A stretch of 64,000 nucleotides of DNA, taken from the NCBI RefSeq assembly GCF_963921235.1, contig NC_086097.1:12834001-12898000 (forward strand). Direction: 5' to 3'. The position numbers were made by a program, and so were the translations under genes. The stretch is from Mobula hypostoma (Eukaryota). Shown here in pieces: positions 52,990-64,000 of the stretch (position 1 is its first letter; each line of letters opens with the position of its first letter). The notes below the pieces were generated by a model. The model had not been told where the DNA came from. It made no database searches and saw nothing but the letters and a program-made list of their open reading frames with translations.

Positions 52990-53740
52990 GGTAAACATTG
53001 CACTGCACCCCACTGCCCTCTGACTGCAAATGTGTTGTGTCAGTACATTGATAAAGGTGGAGCATTCCTCTATCATAGGAGTTGCATTGCAGCAAACACA
53101 GACAACAGTGATGATACTCACTACTCCCTTCAATGTACCAGTACAAACCACAGTCAATTGAGGAAAAAGATAATTGGAGGTTAAGGCATCAGAACTGAAA
53201 CAAAACATCAAGAGCTATAGGGCAGCAAAGATACTTGACTTTCTCTGGATTACATACAGCAGGCAGTTTCAAACACTTGATAAACAGCATCAGTATCATT
53301 TCTGTAAAATTTTCCACATTCACCAAAAAAGAACAGGAGAAACAAAGTCCTTGGCCCCCCTCCCCCAGACCAACATCCCTAGCAATAAGGTCCTGTTACA
53401 CTCAGACAGCTGCTTTGGGCAGGTCACATTGTTCACATGATCAACACCAGATTACGGAAACAGACACACTTTTCCGGGCTCTGTCTTGTGAACATCAGGC
53501 AAGCAAGCAGAGGATTAGATCCAGGCATGTACACAGAACTATCTTGGAGAAATGCAACACCCCCATTTTCTCTTAATCATCTCAGATCAATGACGAATCA
53601 AAGTGTAAATGGAGCATCAGGATTATATCGAGAACCTCAAGGCCATTAAGTAGCTGCAAAAAGAAGCCCCCTTGTACTTCCCACTGTCTCATCTGAGGAA
53701 GAGTCTTGAGCTTCCCTATGAATCTCAATTAGCTACCTCA
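52990..53740 (+). mobile_element. Highly decayed RTE-clade LINE 3' region
   Basis: Pieces translate as KVEHFLY, GIRTETK, TNIPS and LRQLLWAGHIVHMINTRLRKQT, resembling RTE QLRWAGHVVRM...RLPKQ. Confidence 0.7.
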
Positions 53741-53789
53741 GAGCCAACATTACCAGAGGAAAATTAAGTCACTTTCAAACAGAAGAGGT

Positions 53790-54100
53790 CTAAGACCTTA
53801 AGACCATAAGTCATAGGAGCAGAATTAGGCCATTTGGCCCATCGAGTCAGATCATGGCTGATCCTTTTCTCTCTCAGCCCCAGTCTCCTGCCCATATCCC
53901 TTCATGCCTTGATAATCACGAATCTATCAACCCCTGCCTTAAATATACCCAATGACTTGGCCTCCACAGCCACCTTTTACAACAAATTCCACAGATTCAC
54001 CTTTCTTTGGCAAAAAGAAATTCCTCCTCATCTCTGTTCTAGTTGGACGTCCCCCTATTCTGAGGCTGTGTCCTCCGGATTTAGACTCCCCCACCATAGG
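53790..54100 (-). mobile_element. CR1 3' end
   Basis: GHSLRIGGRPTRTEMRRNFF and a (tcttatgg)n-type tail. Confidence 0.85.
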
Positions 54101-54794
54101 TAATGGCCACAAGGGAAAGAAGAACAAGGAGCAAAGAAGAAAAGAAGCAGAAAAAGAAGTTGTTCTATTATTCTTGTTGCATTTGTCTGACTAAACCACC
54201 TTAATGTGAAATTATAGTTGTTGTTCTAAATCTATATCAGCAATTGCTTTTTGTAATAAATTGTATCTTCAATGCAATTAAACACCATTCAATTGCTTTA
54301 TTTGACTTTCATCTTACATTGAACAACTCAATTTAGCTGACAATAGGTAATTGTCAATAAGTGCACTTGGCAAGATTGGAAGGGAGGCTGTTAAACAATA
54401 GCATAAACAAAGTATAATATAGAAATTGCATAGGCAGGGTAATGGAAAATAGACAGAAGGTGAGGATAGGCCAAAAATTCAACCATGTTCGAAGCCTAGA
54501 ATGTATGGCTCCATTGAAAATGAAATTGTCAGTGCTCACTTCATTGTCAGTTAAAATAGATACTGGTTTTTGTTGAATGCATCAATGTAATTAAACAATA
54601 AAAGCCAGAAGTTGCAGCTGGCACTAACCAAAGTCTTCACATGAACCATTTTCAAGATTATTCAATGTCATTTTCAGTGTAATGTGAAGAAGATGAAGGG
54701 ATATGTACATCATGTAGGTAGGAGGGATTAGTTTTTGTGTTTTTCTTTATTTAGTTTTTATCTGATTGGGCACAACATTGTGGGCCGAATGATA

Positions 54795-55261
54795 CGAGGG
54801 GTGATTGATAAGTTCATGGCCTAAGGTAGAAGGAGTTAATTTTAGAAAACCTAGCACATTTATTTTTCCTACATTTACACACTTAGTCCAGCGGTCGTGG
54901 AGCGTACGGATCCTTTCTTTGTAGAAGTCAGCGTCTTGGACCTCCAGAAGTGGTCCACAGCAGGGGTGATTGATAAGTTTGTGGTCTAAAGTAGAAGGAG
55001 ATGAGTTATTAACTTCAAACTTCCTGCATAATTACTCAAAGAGTTGAACTGCACGTGCATGTAACGAGAGCTGTATAACTTATCTCCTTTTACCTTAGTC
55101 CACAAACTTATCAATCGTTCCTGCTATGGACCACCTGGAGGTCCAAGACACTCTCGTTACATGCATGTTCAGTTCAACTCTTTGAATGATTATGCAGAAA
55201 GTTTGAAGTTAATAACGCATCTCCTTCTACCTTAGGCCACGAACTTATCACTCACCCCTCG
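54795..55261. mobile_element. Tc1/mariner-type MITE (467 bp) with TA TSD
   Basis: TA-cgaggggtgattgataagttcatggcctaaggtagaaggag ... ctccttctaccttaggccacgaacttatcactcacccctcg-TA. Confidence 0.9.
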
Positions 55262-55374
55262 TATGTTCACTGTACATAAGTGTAAAGGAGAACAAAGTAA
55301 TTGTTACTCCAAATCCAGTGCAGCGCTATAGAAAACACAATAAGTTAAAGAACAATTAAAAAAAACACAATAAA

Positions 55375-56128
55375 CACATAACATACATCAAAGTTGCTGG
55401 TGAACGCAGCAGGCCAAGCAGCATCTATAGGAAGAGGTGCAGTCGACGTTTCAGGCCGAGACCCTTCGTCAGGACTAACTGAAGGAAGAGTGAGTAAGGG
55501 ATTTGAAAGTTGGAGATCCAAAATGATAGGAGAAGACAGGAGGGGGAGGGATAGAGCCGAGAGCTGGACAGGTGATAGGCAAAAGGGGATACGAGAGGAT
55601 CATGGGACAGGAGGTCCGGGAAGAAAGACAAGGGGGGGGGGTGTAACCCAGAGGATGGGCAAGAGGTATATTCAGAGGGACAGAGGGAGAAAAAGGAGAG
55701 TGAGAGAAAGAATGTGTGCATAAAAATGAGTAACAGATGGGGTACGAGGGGGAGGTGGGGCCTTAGCGGAAGTTAGAGAAGTCGATGTTCATGCCATCAG
55801 GTTGGAGGCTACCCAGACGGAATATAAGGTGTTGTTCCTCCAACCTGAGTGTGCCTTCATCTTTACAGTAGAGGAGGCCGTGGATAGACATGTCAGAATG
55901 GGAATGGGATGTGGAATTAAAATGTGTGGCCACTGGGAGATCCTGCCTTCTCTGGCGGACAGAGCGTAGATGTTCAGCAAAGCGGTCTCCCAGTCTGCGT
56001 CGGGTCTCACCAATATAGAAAAGGCCACATCGGGAGCACCGGACGCAGTATTCTTTCTCTCACTCTCCTTTTTCTCCCTCTGTCCCTCTGAATATACCTC
56101 TTGCCCATCCTCTGGTTCACCCCCCCCC
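55375..56128 (-). mobile_element. Young 5'-truncated Penelope copy with an inverted UTR piece (56051-56128) at its 5' junction
   Basis: Near-identical to 56445-57129; 56051-56128 is the reverse complement of about 55635-55712. Confidence 0.93.
55441..55476 (-). ncRNA. Minimal type I hammerhead ribozyme motif
   Basis: Identical 36-mer to 17134-17169 and 56508-56543. Confidence 0.75.
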
Positions 56129-56507
56129 AGTCATTCTTAGAAAGACCAGCAACATCATGAAGGATCCCACCCACCCTGCTCATAGACTGTTTATCCCACT
56201 TCCTTCAGGGAGGAGGCTGTGTAGCATCCACACCAGGACCACCAGACTTCAAAACAGTTACTTTCCCCGAGCAGTAAAGCTGATCAACAACTCCACCCCT
56301 CCACATCCTCAACCACCACTACTTTGTCATTTCCTGTCAGGGTCACCTTATGTATCTTATGCTCCTAGAGTCACTTTATGGACATACAATCTGTCTATGT
56401 GTTTATTGTAAACAACAGGAATTCTGCAGATGCTGGAAATTCAAGCAACATACATCAAAGTTGCTGGTGAACGCAGTAGGCCAAGCAGCATCTATAGGAA
56501 GAGGCGC

Positions 56508-56543
56508 AGTCGACGTTTCAGGCCGAGACCCTTCGTCAGGACT
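56508..56543 (-). ncRNA. Minimal type I hammerhead ribozyme motif in the Penelope 3' repeat
   Basis: AGUC CUGACGA AGGGUCUCGGCCU GAAAC GUC GACU, on the same strand as the ORF. Confidence 0.78.
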
Positions 56544-56840
56544 AACTGAAGGAAGAGTGAGCAAGGGATTTGAAAGCTGGAGGGGGAGGGGGAGATGCAA
56601 AATGATAGGAGAAGACAGGAGGGGGAGGGATAGAGCCGAGAGCTGGACAGGTGATAGGCAAAAGGGAATACGAGAGGATCATGGGACAGGAGGTCCGGGA
56701 AGAGAGACAAGGAGGGGGGGGTGACCCAGAGGATGGGCAAGAGGTATATTCAGAGGGACAGAGGGAGAAAAAGGAGAGTGAGAGAAAGAATGTGTGCATA
56801 AAAATGAGTAACAGATGGGGTACGAGGGGGAGGTGGGGCC

Positions 56841-58199
56841 TTAATGGAAGTTAGAGAAGTCGATGTTCATGCCATCAGGTTGGAGGCTACCCAGACGGAA
56901 TATAAGGTGTTGTTCCTCCAACCTGAGTGTGCCTTCATCTTTACAGTAGAGGAGGCCGTGGATAGACATGTCAGAATGGGAATGGGATGTGGAATTAAAA
57001 TGTGTGGCCACTGGGAGATCCTGCTTTCTCTGGCGGACAGAGCGTAGATGTTCAGCAAAGCGGTCTCCCAGTCTGCGTCGGCTCTCACCAATATATAAAA
57101 GGCCACATCGGGAGCACCAGACGCAGTATATCACCCCAGTCGACTCACAGGTGAAGTGATGCCTCACCTGGAAGGACTGTTTGGGGCCCTGAATGGTGGT
57201 AAGGGAGGAAGTGTAAGGGCATGTGTAGCACTTGTTCCGCTTACACGGATAAGTGCCAGGAGGGAGATCAGTGGGGAGGGATGGGGGGGACGAATGGACA
57301 AGGGAGTTGTGTAGGGAGCGATCCCTGTGGAATGCAGGGGGGGGGGAGGGAAAGATGTGCTTAGTGGTGGGATCCCGTTGGAGGTGGCGGAAGTTACGGA
57401 GAATAATATGTTGGACCCGGAGGCTGGTGGGGTGGTAGGTGAGGACCAGGGGAACCCTATTCCTAGTGGGGTGGTGGGAGGATGGAGTGAGAGCAGATGT
57501 ACGTGAAATGGGGGAGATGCGTTTAAGAGCAGAGTTGATAGTGGAGGAAGGGAAGCCCCTTTCTTTAAAAAATGAAGACATCTCCCTCGTCCTAAAATGA
57601 AAAGCCTCATCCTGAGAGCAGATGCGGCGGAGACGGAGGAATTGCGAGAAGGGGATGGCGTTTTTGCAAGAGACAGGGTGAGAAGAGGAATAGTCCAGAT
57701 AGCTGTGAGAGTCAGTAGGCTTATAGTAGACATCAGTGGATAAGCTGTCTCCAGAGACAGAGACAGAAAGATCTAGAAAGGGGAGGGAGGTGTCGGAAAT
57801 GGACCAGGTAAACTTGAGGGCAGGGTGAAAGTTGGAGGCAAAGTTAATAAAGTCAACGAGTTCTGCATGCGTGCAGGAAGCAGCGCCAATGCAGTCGTCG
57901 ATGTAGCGAAGGAAAAGTGGGGGACAGATACCAGAATAGGCACGGAACATAGATTGTTCCACAAACCCAACAAAAAGGCAGGCATAGCTAGGACCCATAC
58001 GGGTGCCCATAGCTACACCTTTAGTTTGGAGGAAATGGGAGGAGCAAAAGGAGAAATTATTAAGAGTAAGGACTAATTCCGCTAGACGGAGCAGAGTGGT
58101 GGTAGAGGGGAACTGATTAGGTCTGGAATCCAAAAAGAAGCGTAGAGCTTTGAGACCTTCCTGATGGGGGATGGAAGTATATAAGGACTGGACATCCAT
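56841..58199 (-). CDS. Penelope-type reverse transcriptase + GIY-YIG endonuclease (452 aa; the frame stays open to the truncation at about 58287)
   Basis: DVQSLYTSI, GVAMGTRMGPSYA, RYIDD and YYKPT; Cys linker CKRNKCYTC; VIYCVWCSRCGLLYIGES. Confidence 0.88.
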   Translation of the reverse strand: MDVQSLYTSIPHQEGLKALRFFLDSRPNQFPSTTTLLRLAELVLTLNNFSFCSSHFLQTKGVAMGTRMGPSYACLFVGFVEQSMFRAYSGICPPLFLRYIDDCIGAASCTHAELVDFINFASNFHPALKFTWSISDTSLPFLDLSVSVSGDSLSTDVYYKPTDSHSYLDYSSSHPVSCKNAIPFSQFLRLRRICSQDEAFHFRTREMSSFFKERGFPSSTINSALKRISPISRTSALTPSSHHPTRNRVPLVLTYHPTSLRVQHIILRNFRHLQRDPTTKHIFPSPPPAFHRDRSLHNSLVHSSPPSLPTDLPPGTYPCKRNKCYTCPYTSSLTTIQGPKQSFQVRHHFTCESTGVIYCVWCSRCGLLYIGESRRRLGDRFAEHLRSVRQRKQDLPVATHFNSTSHSHSDMSIHGLLYCKDEGTLRLEEQHLIFRLGSLQPDGMNIDFSNFH

Positions 58200-58432
58200 G
58201 GTGAAAATAAAGCGGTGGGGGCCAGGGAACTTAAAATCATCGAAAAGTTTAAGAGCGTGAGAAGTGTCACGAACATAGGTCGGAAGGTGCTTGGCCTGTT
58301 GCGTTCACCAGCAACTTTGGTGTATGTTGCTTTAGTTTAAGCATCAGGTTTAATATCACCAGCATATATTGTGAAATTTGTTAACTTAGCAGCAGCAGTA
58401 CAATGCAATACCTGATAATATAGAATTGAAAT

Positions 58433-58722
58433 GTGTTGGCGCGTGGCCAAGTGGTTAAGGCGTTCGTCTAGTGATTTGAAGGTCGCTAGTTCGAGCCTTG
58501 GCTGAGACAGCGTGTGTGTCCTCATTGCTCTGAGATGACACCGGTGCCAAGATGTATGGGTCCTAATGCCCTTCCCTTGGACAACATCAGTGGCGTGGAG
58601 AGGGGAGACTTACAGCATGGACAATTGCCGGTCTTCCATACAACCTTGCCCAGACCTGCGCCCTGGAAACTTTCCAAGGCTCAAATCCATGGTCTCATGA
58701 GACTATCGGATGCTAAAAAAAA
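58433..58722 (+). mobile_element. tRNA-derived SINE (head type A, tail type Y) with an 11-bp TSD
   Basis: Box A tggccaagtgg, box B gttcgagcc, A tail; agaattgaaat at 58422-58432 and 58723-58733. Confidence 0.9.
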
Positions 58723-60974
58723 AGAATTGAAATAAGTAATTCAATTACAGTAAGTATATATATATATGTATATTAAATAGTTAAGTTAAAAATATTGCAA
58801 AAACAAAAATAATTAAAAATTGAGGCAGTAATCAGGGGTTCAAAGTTCATTTAGAAATGGGATGGCAGAGTAGAAGTTGTTCCTGAATCGCTGAGTGTGT
58901 GCTTTCAGACTTCTGTACCTCATTCCTGATGGTGACAATGAGAAGAGGGCATGTCTTGGGTGAAGGGGGTCCTTAATAACGGACGCCCTTCTGAGGCACT
59001 GCTCCTTAACACCTCACTTTCCATGAAAGCAACAAATTTTATTTCTTTTATACTTTTTGTTTCAGAAAATTTTTAAAGAATAGATATTTATTTCTACTTA
59101 AAACATAATCATAGAATTTCAACTTTTATCTTATTCTATGCCTATCTCCCAATCTATATTTTGTCTTCATGAGAGAATTAAGTAAGTTAAAATGAAAAAA
59201 AAATGTAATTTACTTCTTAATTTGGTATCCATCAGATCTCTATAATCTGATTTTCACAGTTGTTTTAATGACTTTTCTATTCATGGTTGCTTAGACTCCT
59301 GTGGAGATCACCAGACAGCATGCCATGTGCAGGAAGGGGAAATGCTTGGGTTAAATACATTACAGGCATGTATTTTTTTTGAGGTCAGTGGTTACTTCAT
59401 TTCCATATTTTCCATATTTCCTTATAACAGACACTTAAATAGGCAAAGGATGGAAGAATACAGATTTAATTTAGGACAAATGTCATTAGTGCAGATGAGA
59501 GAAAGATCAACATCATATGGCAAAAAGAATGACCCATTTTGTGCTATAGAACTCTAAGACTTTCATTATCACCCAGCAGAATATCTGGGTTGATATGGAA
59601 AACTGAACAAGAGATAATTGTGGACACATTTAAACAGTAGGTTTCTGAACTTACATGGACAGAGTTTCAATTGCATGGACAATTGGCAAACTTCCTGGAA
59701 AAATAGTCTTAAAATGACTATTCACTATCATCAACATGTTGATGCAATTACAAAGAAGGCACTCCAACAGACTTTTTTTTTAAGAGTTTGAGGACATTCG
59801 GTATGTCACCAAAGACTCTGGCAGATGTAAGGTGGAGAACATTCTAAACAGTTGCATCGCCATCTGGTATGGAGGGGCCACTGCACAGGAAAGCTGCTGA
59901 AGATTGCAAACTCAGCCACCTCCATCACGGCCACCAGCCTTCCCTGCATCCAGATGTCTTCGAAAGGCTGCATTCATCATTAAGGACCCCCATCACCAAG
60001 AACATGCTCTCTTCTTTTCAGAGGAGGTACAAGAGCAAAAAGAGACCCACTTAATATTTTAGGAACAGCTTCTTCTACTCCACCATTAGATTTATGAATG
60101 GACAAAGAACCAAAAATAGTACAAAGTTCAAAATCGAAAGTAAATTTATTATCAAAGTGCATAAATGTCATCATATGCAACCCTAAGATTTATTTTCTTC
60201 TGGGCATACAAATGAATCCAAGAAACATATTAGAATCAATGAAAGACTACCTAAAAGGACAGACAAACAACCAATGTGAAAAAGACAACAAACTGCAAAT
60301 ACAGAAGAAAAAAAAATAATAAATAAGTATTAAGTATCAAGAACATGAGATGAGGGGCCCTTGAAAGTGAGTACATAGGTTGTGAAAACAGTTCAGTGAT
60401 GGGGCAAATGAAGTTGAGTGAAGTTATCCACTCTGGCTCAACAGCCTGTTGGTTGAGAGGTAATCACTGATTCCTGAATTTGCTGGTATGGGTCCTGAGG
60501 CTCCTGTACCTTCTTCCTGATAACAACAGTGAGAAAAGAGCATGGCCTGGATGCCGGGGGTCCTTGATGATGGATGCTGCTTTCCTGCGACAGCATTTCA
60601 TGTAGTTGTGCTCAGTGGTCCGGAGGGCTTTACCAGGGATGAAATGGGCCGTATCCACTACTTTTTATAGGATTTTCTTTTCAAGGGCATTGTCGTTTCC
60701 ATACCAGGCTGTGATGCAGCCAGTCAATATACTCTTCACCACACATCTGTAGATATCCATGAACACTACCTCGCCATTTTTGCTCTCTTTTAGCACTACG
60801 TATTTAATTTATATTCTAGTACACATATGTTGTATCTCTTACTGCAGTTTATAGTTTTTTATGTATTGCACAGCACTACTGCCGCAAAACAACACATTTC
60901 ATGACATACAAGGTACGTCAGTGTTGTTAAATCTGATTGTGATTCTGATATTGATTCTGAAAAGATATGTTAAT

Positions 60975-62143
60975 AAGACCATAAGACCATAAGACAAAGG
61001 AGCAGAAGTCGGCCATTCGGCCCATCGAGTCTGCTCCGCCATTTTCTCATGAGCTGATCCAGTCTCCCATTTAGTCCCACTCCCCCGCCATTTCACCATA
61101 ACCTTTGATGCCCTGGCTACTCAGATACCTATCAATCTCTGCCTTAAATATACCCAATGACTTGACCTCCACTGCTGCCCATGGCAACAAATTCCATAGA
61201 TTCACCACCCTCTGGCTAAAAAAATTTCTTCACATTTCTGTTCTGAATGGGCGCCCTTCAATCCTTAAGTCATGCCCTCTCGTACTAGACTCCCCCATCA
61301 TGGGAAACAACTTTGCCACATCCACTCTGTCCATGCCTTTTAACATTCGAAATGTTTGTATGAGGTCTCCCCTCATTCTTCTAAACTCCAAGGAATACAG
61401 TCCAAGAGCGGACAAACGTTCCTCATATGTTAACCCTCTCATTCCCGGAATCATTCTAGTGAATCTTCTCTGTACCCTCTCCAACGTCAGCACATCCTTT
61501 CTTAAATAAGGAGACCAAAACTGCCCACAGTACTCCAAGTGAGGTCTCACCAGCGCCTTATAGAGCCTCAACATCACATCCCTGCTCCTATACTCTATTC
61601 CTCTAGAAATGAATGCCAACATTGCATTCGCCTTCTTCACTACTGACTCAACCTGGAGGTTAACTTTAAGGGTATCCTGTACGAGGACTCCCAAGTCCCG
61701 TTGCATCTCAGAACTTTGAATTCTTTCCCCATTTAAATAATAATCTGCCCGTTTATTTTTTCTGCCAAAGTGCATAACCATGCACTTTCCAACATTGTAC
61801 TTCATTTGCCACTTCTCTGCCCATTCATCCAATCTATCCAAGTCTCTCTGCAGACTCTCCATTTCCTCAGCACTACTGGCCCCTCCATTTATCTTCGTAT
61901 CGTCAGCAAACTTAGCCACAAAGCCATCTATTCCATGATCCAAATCGTTGATGTACAATGTAAAAAGAAGCGGCCCCAACACTGACCCCTGTGGAACACC
62001 ACTGGTAACCGGCAGCCAACCAGAATAGGATCCCTTTATTCCCACTCTCTGTTTCCTGCCAATCAGCCAACGCTCTTATCCACGTATGTAACTTTCCCGT
62101 AATTCCATGGGCTCTTATTTTGTTAAGTAGCCTCATGTGTGGC
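60975..62143 (-). mobile_element. Young 5'-truncated CR1 LINE (ORF 61230-62045)
   Basis: SGVPQGSVLGPLLF, KFADDTK and LVRPHLEYC; (tcttatgg)n tail. Confidence 0.95.
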
Positions 62144-63159
62144 ATAATATTGTGGTTAAGTTATCATAATATTGACATACCACGTTTTTAGGAATGGTGG
62201 GGTGACATGGTAGTATAATGCTTAGCACCATCACAGTGCCAGCGACTCGGGTCCATTTCCAGCCACAATCTGTAACGAGTCTATACTGTACATTCTCCCT
62301 GTGAGTTTCCTTCGGGAGCTCCACTCTCACTCCAAAGAAGTATGGATTAGTCAGATAATTAGTTGCACGTGTATAATTGGGCTGCATGGTGCACTGCGCA
62401 CAAGCTGGAGGATTTCAGCAGGAATTGTCACCATATACAACCCTGAGATCCATTTTCTTGTGGGCATACTCAATAAATCCATAATAGAATAATAACCACA
62501 ACTGAATCAATGAAAGACCTCACCTTGGCCTCTGAGACCACAGGGCAATTCTGCCTGTTGCTATGACAATAAATATGTTTATCTGAAGCAACCTAACTGG
62601 ACTGATTTTCCTTAATCTGTGTCATACATAGCAGATCTTTGTTTCTAAATTTAGAACTTAGAGCCTGAAGACACAGATTCAATGTTTTAGGAATAAGTTC
62701 TTCACCTCTATCATCAGATTTCTGAACGGGGACATGAACGCTACTCACTACTTTGGCTCTGTTTTCAAATTACTTATTTAATTTAATTTAGTTTTATTTT
62801 ATTTTCTATTATAGTTTATAGTATAGTTTATGCATTGCACTGTCACAAAATAACAAATTTAATGACATGAATCAGTGATATTAAACCCAATTCTAATTCT
62901 AAGAATTTGATTCTGCTGAGACACTGTGCACTATAAGCAAATCTATGCATGTGCAACTTTGGGCAAATGTTTCAGAATGACTTAACTTGAGTTCATATCA
63001 GTTTGAGTGCAATTATAATGATTGTGAGTGATGACCCCATCCAACCACCGATTCCTGGGAATCTTTTCTCTTGCAAGTAGGGAAGGAACAGCTCCACCCT
63101 CGCCATTTCCAACATTCTTTGCTCCTGCCAGCTTTACAAACTCATTCTCCACTCCATGA

Positions 63160-63218
63160 TGTGCAAATGTCTTAGACCCCCTAGCTGTATATATGTGCCA
63201 AAGACTTTTACACAGTAC
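63160..63218. mobile_element. Tiny Tc1-like MITE remnant
   Basis: Imperfect inverted repeat tgtgcaaatgtctt ... aagacttttacaca; a related copy is split by the 37975 retroposon. Confidence 0.5.
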
Positions 63219-64000
63219 CTTGCACCTTGTCACCTACTGTATGTTGGTTTGCTGAGATTCCGTTTTACAGTAATGATATAAAGAACTCAGTCTGCAGACA
63301 CCTTTGTATCTTTCTGTATAGATTTTCTTTGTCTTCACAGACCCTCTTTCTATTTTACTCCCAGCCATCACACCCTACATTCACCCTTCATTAAATTTTC
63401 TTTGGATGTGGGGGAAAAAAGGTGAAAAGGTTTAAAGATGCAGAATAAAAATAAAGATGAGGGATTTGTGAAAAAGTGAAAAGTGGGAGAGATGACATGA
63501 AAAGTAAAGTGGATAAAAAGAAATGACAATCACTGTGGAACAGGTACTTCCCAGCCCAGAGAGCCACATTACCCAGCAACCCATCTATTTAACTCTAGCC
63601 TAATCACAGGACAATTGACGTTGTCCAATTAGCCTACAAACTGGTAAATTTATGGACTGTGGGAGGAAACTGGTGCACCTGGAGAAAACTTGCATGGTCA
63701 TAGGACAACATACAAACTCCTTCCAGACCAACAGAATTGACTCCGAGCTCACACACGCCAAGCTGTAATAGCATTGCGCTAACCACTACACAGCTGTGGT
63801 ACCCACCAACTTCAGCTTCAGTCAGCATCCTCTCTGAACTAATTTACATTTTGTCTTGCTATTTCTATGCACAGACCTTGGTTGCTCTTTTATTGTTTTC
63901 TTTTTTTTATATATGCTGTTTAATGTCCCTCTTTCTGCTGTACTGTGTGTCAGCTAATCTTTGTATTGCTTTCACTTCAGCCCATTTCTGATTCCCTGTT

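Larger units (their letters stand above)
56410..58332 (-). mobile_element. Young Penelope-like element (Neptune-type), 5'-truncated, with an inverted terminal piece (58289-58332)
   Basis: Open RT-GIY-YIG frame, 3' UTR with hammerhead motif, and an inverted copy of about 56443-56487 at the 5' junction. Confidence 0.95.

Noticed and set aside
58433..58510. tRNA-like sequence (also at about 1205-1276, 19785-19852 and 48010-48075)
   Set aside because: These are SINE heads, followed by SINE bodies and flanked by TSDs, not tRNA genes.
1..64000. CRISPR arrays, operons, retron/DGR-type RT systems or rRNA genes
   Set aside because: No regularly spaced repeat-spacer array or prokaryotic gene organisation; every RT matches a eukaryotic retrotransposon clade.

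Overview
This is eukaryotic, repeat-dense DNA, not prokaryotic. The repeat set suggests a cartilaginous fish, probably a ray; that is inferred from the repeats alone. No host protein-coding gene is recognisable, and nearly every long ORF in the track belongs to a transposable element. The window is a nested mosaic of CR1 LINEs (young 5'-truncated copies at 2504-3500, 46237-46991 and 60975-62143), Rex1/Babar LINEs, two decayed Gypsy LTR elements, a decayed R4/Dong-clade LINE, RTE and Tx1 remnants, tRNA-derived SINEs and DNA-transposon MITEs. It also holds many Penelope-like elements, including a young Neptune-type copy with an open RT plus GIY-YIG frame (56841-58287, minus strand). The most notable signal is a minimal hammerhead-ribozyme motif in the Penelope 3' repeat. 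It occurs in about ten copies, three identical over 36 nt, one of them in a 143-bp insertion flanked by a target-site duplication (TSD). Other notable items are SINEs that swap heads and tails, a mariner-type MITE with four terminal-inverted-repeat (TIR) copies and alternative hairpins, and an old local duplication. I cannot show that any of this is a previously undescribed system. Boundaries of old repeats are approximate to tens of bp.
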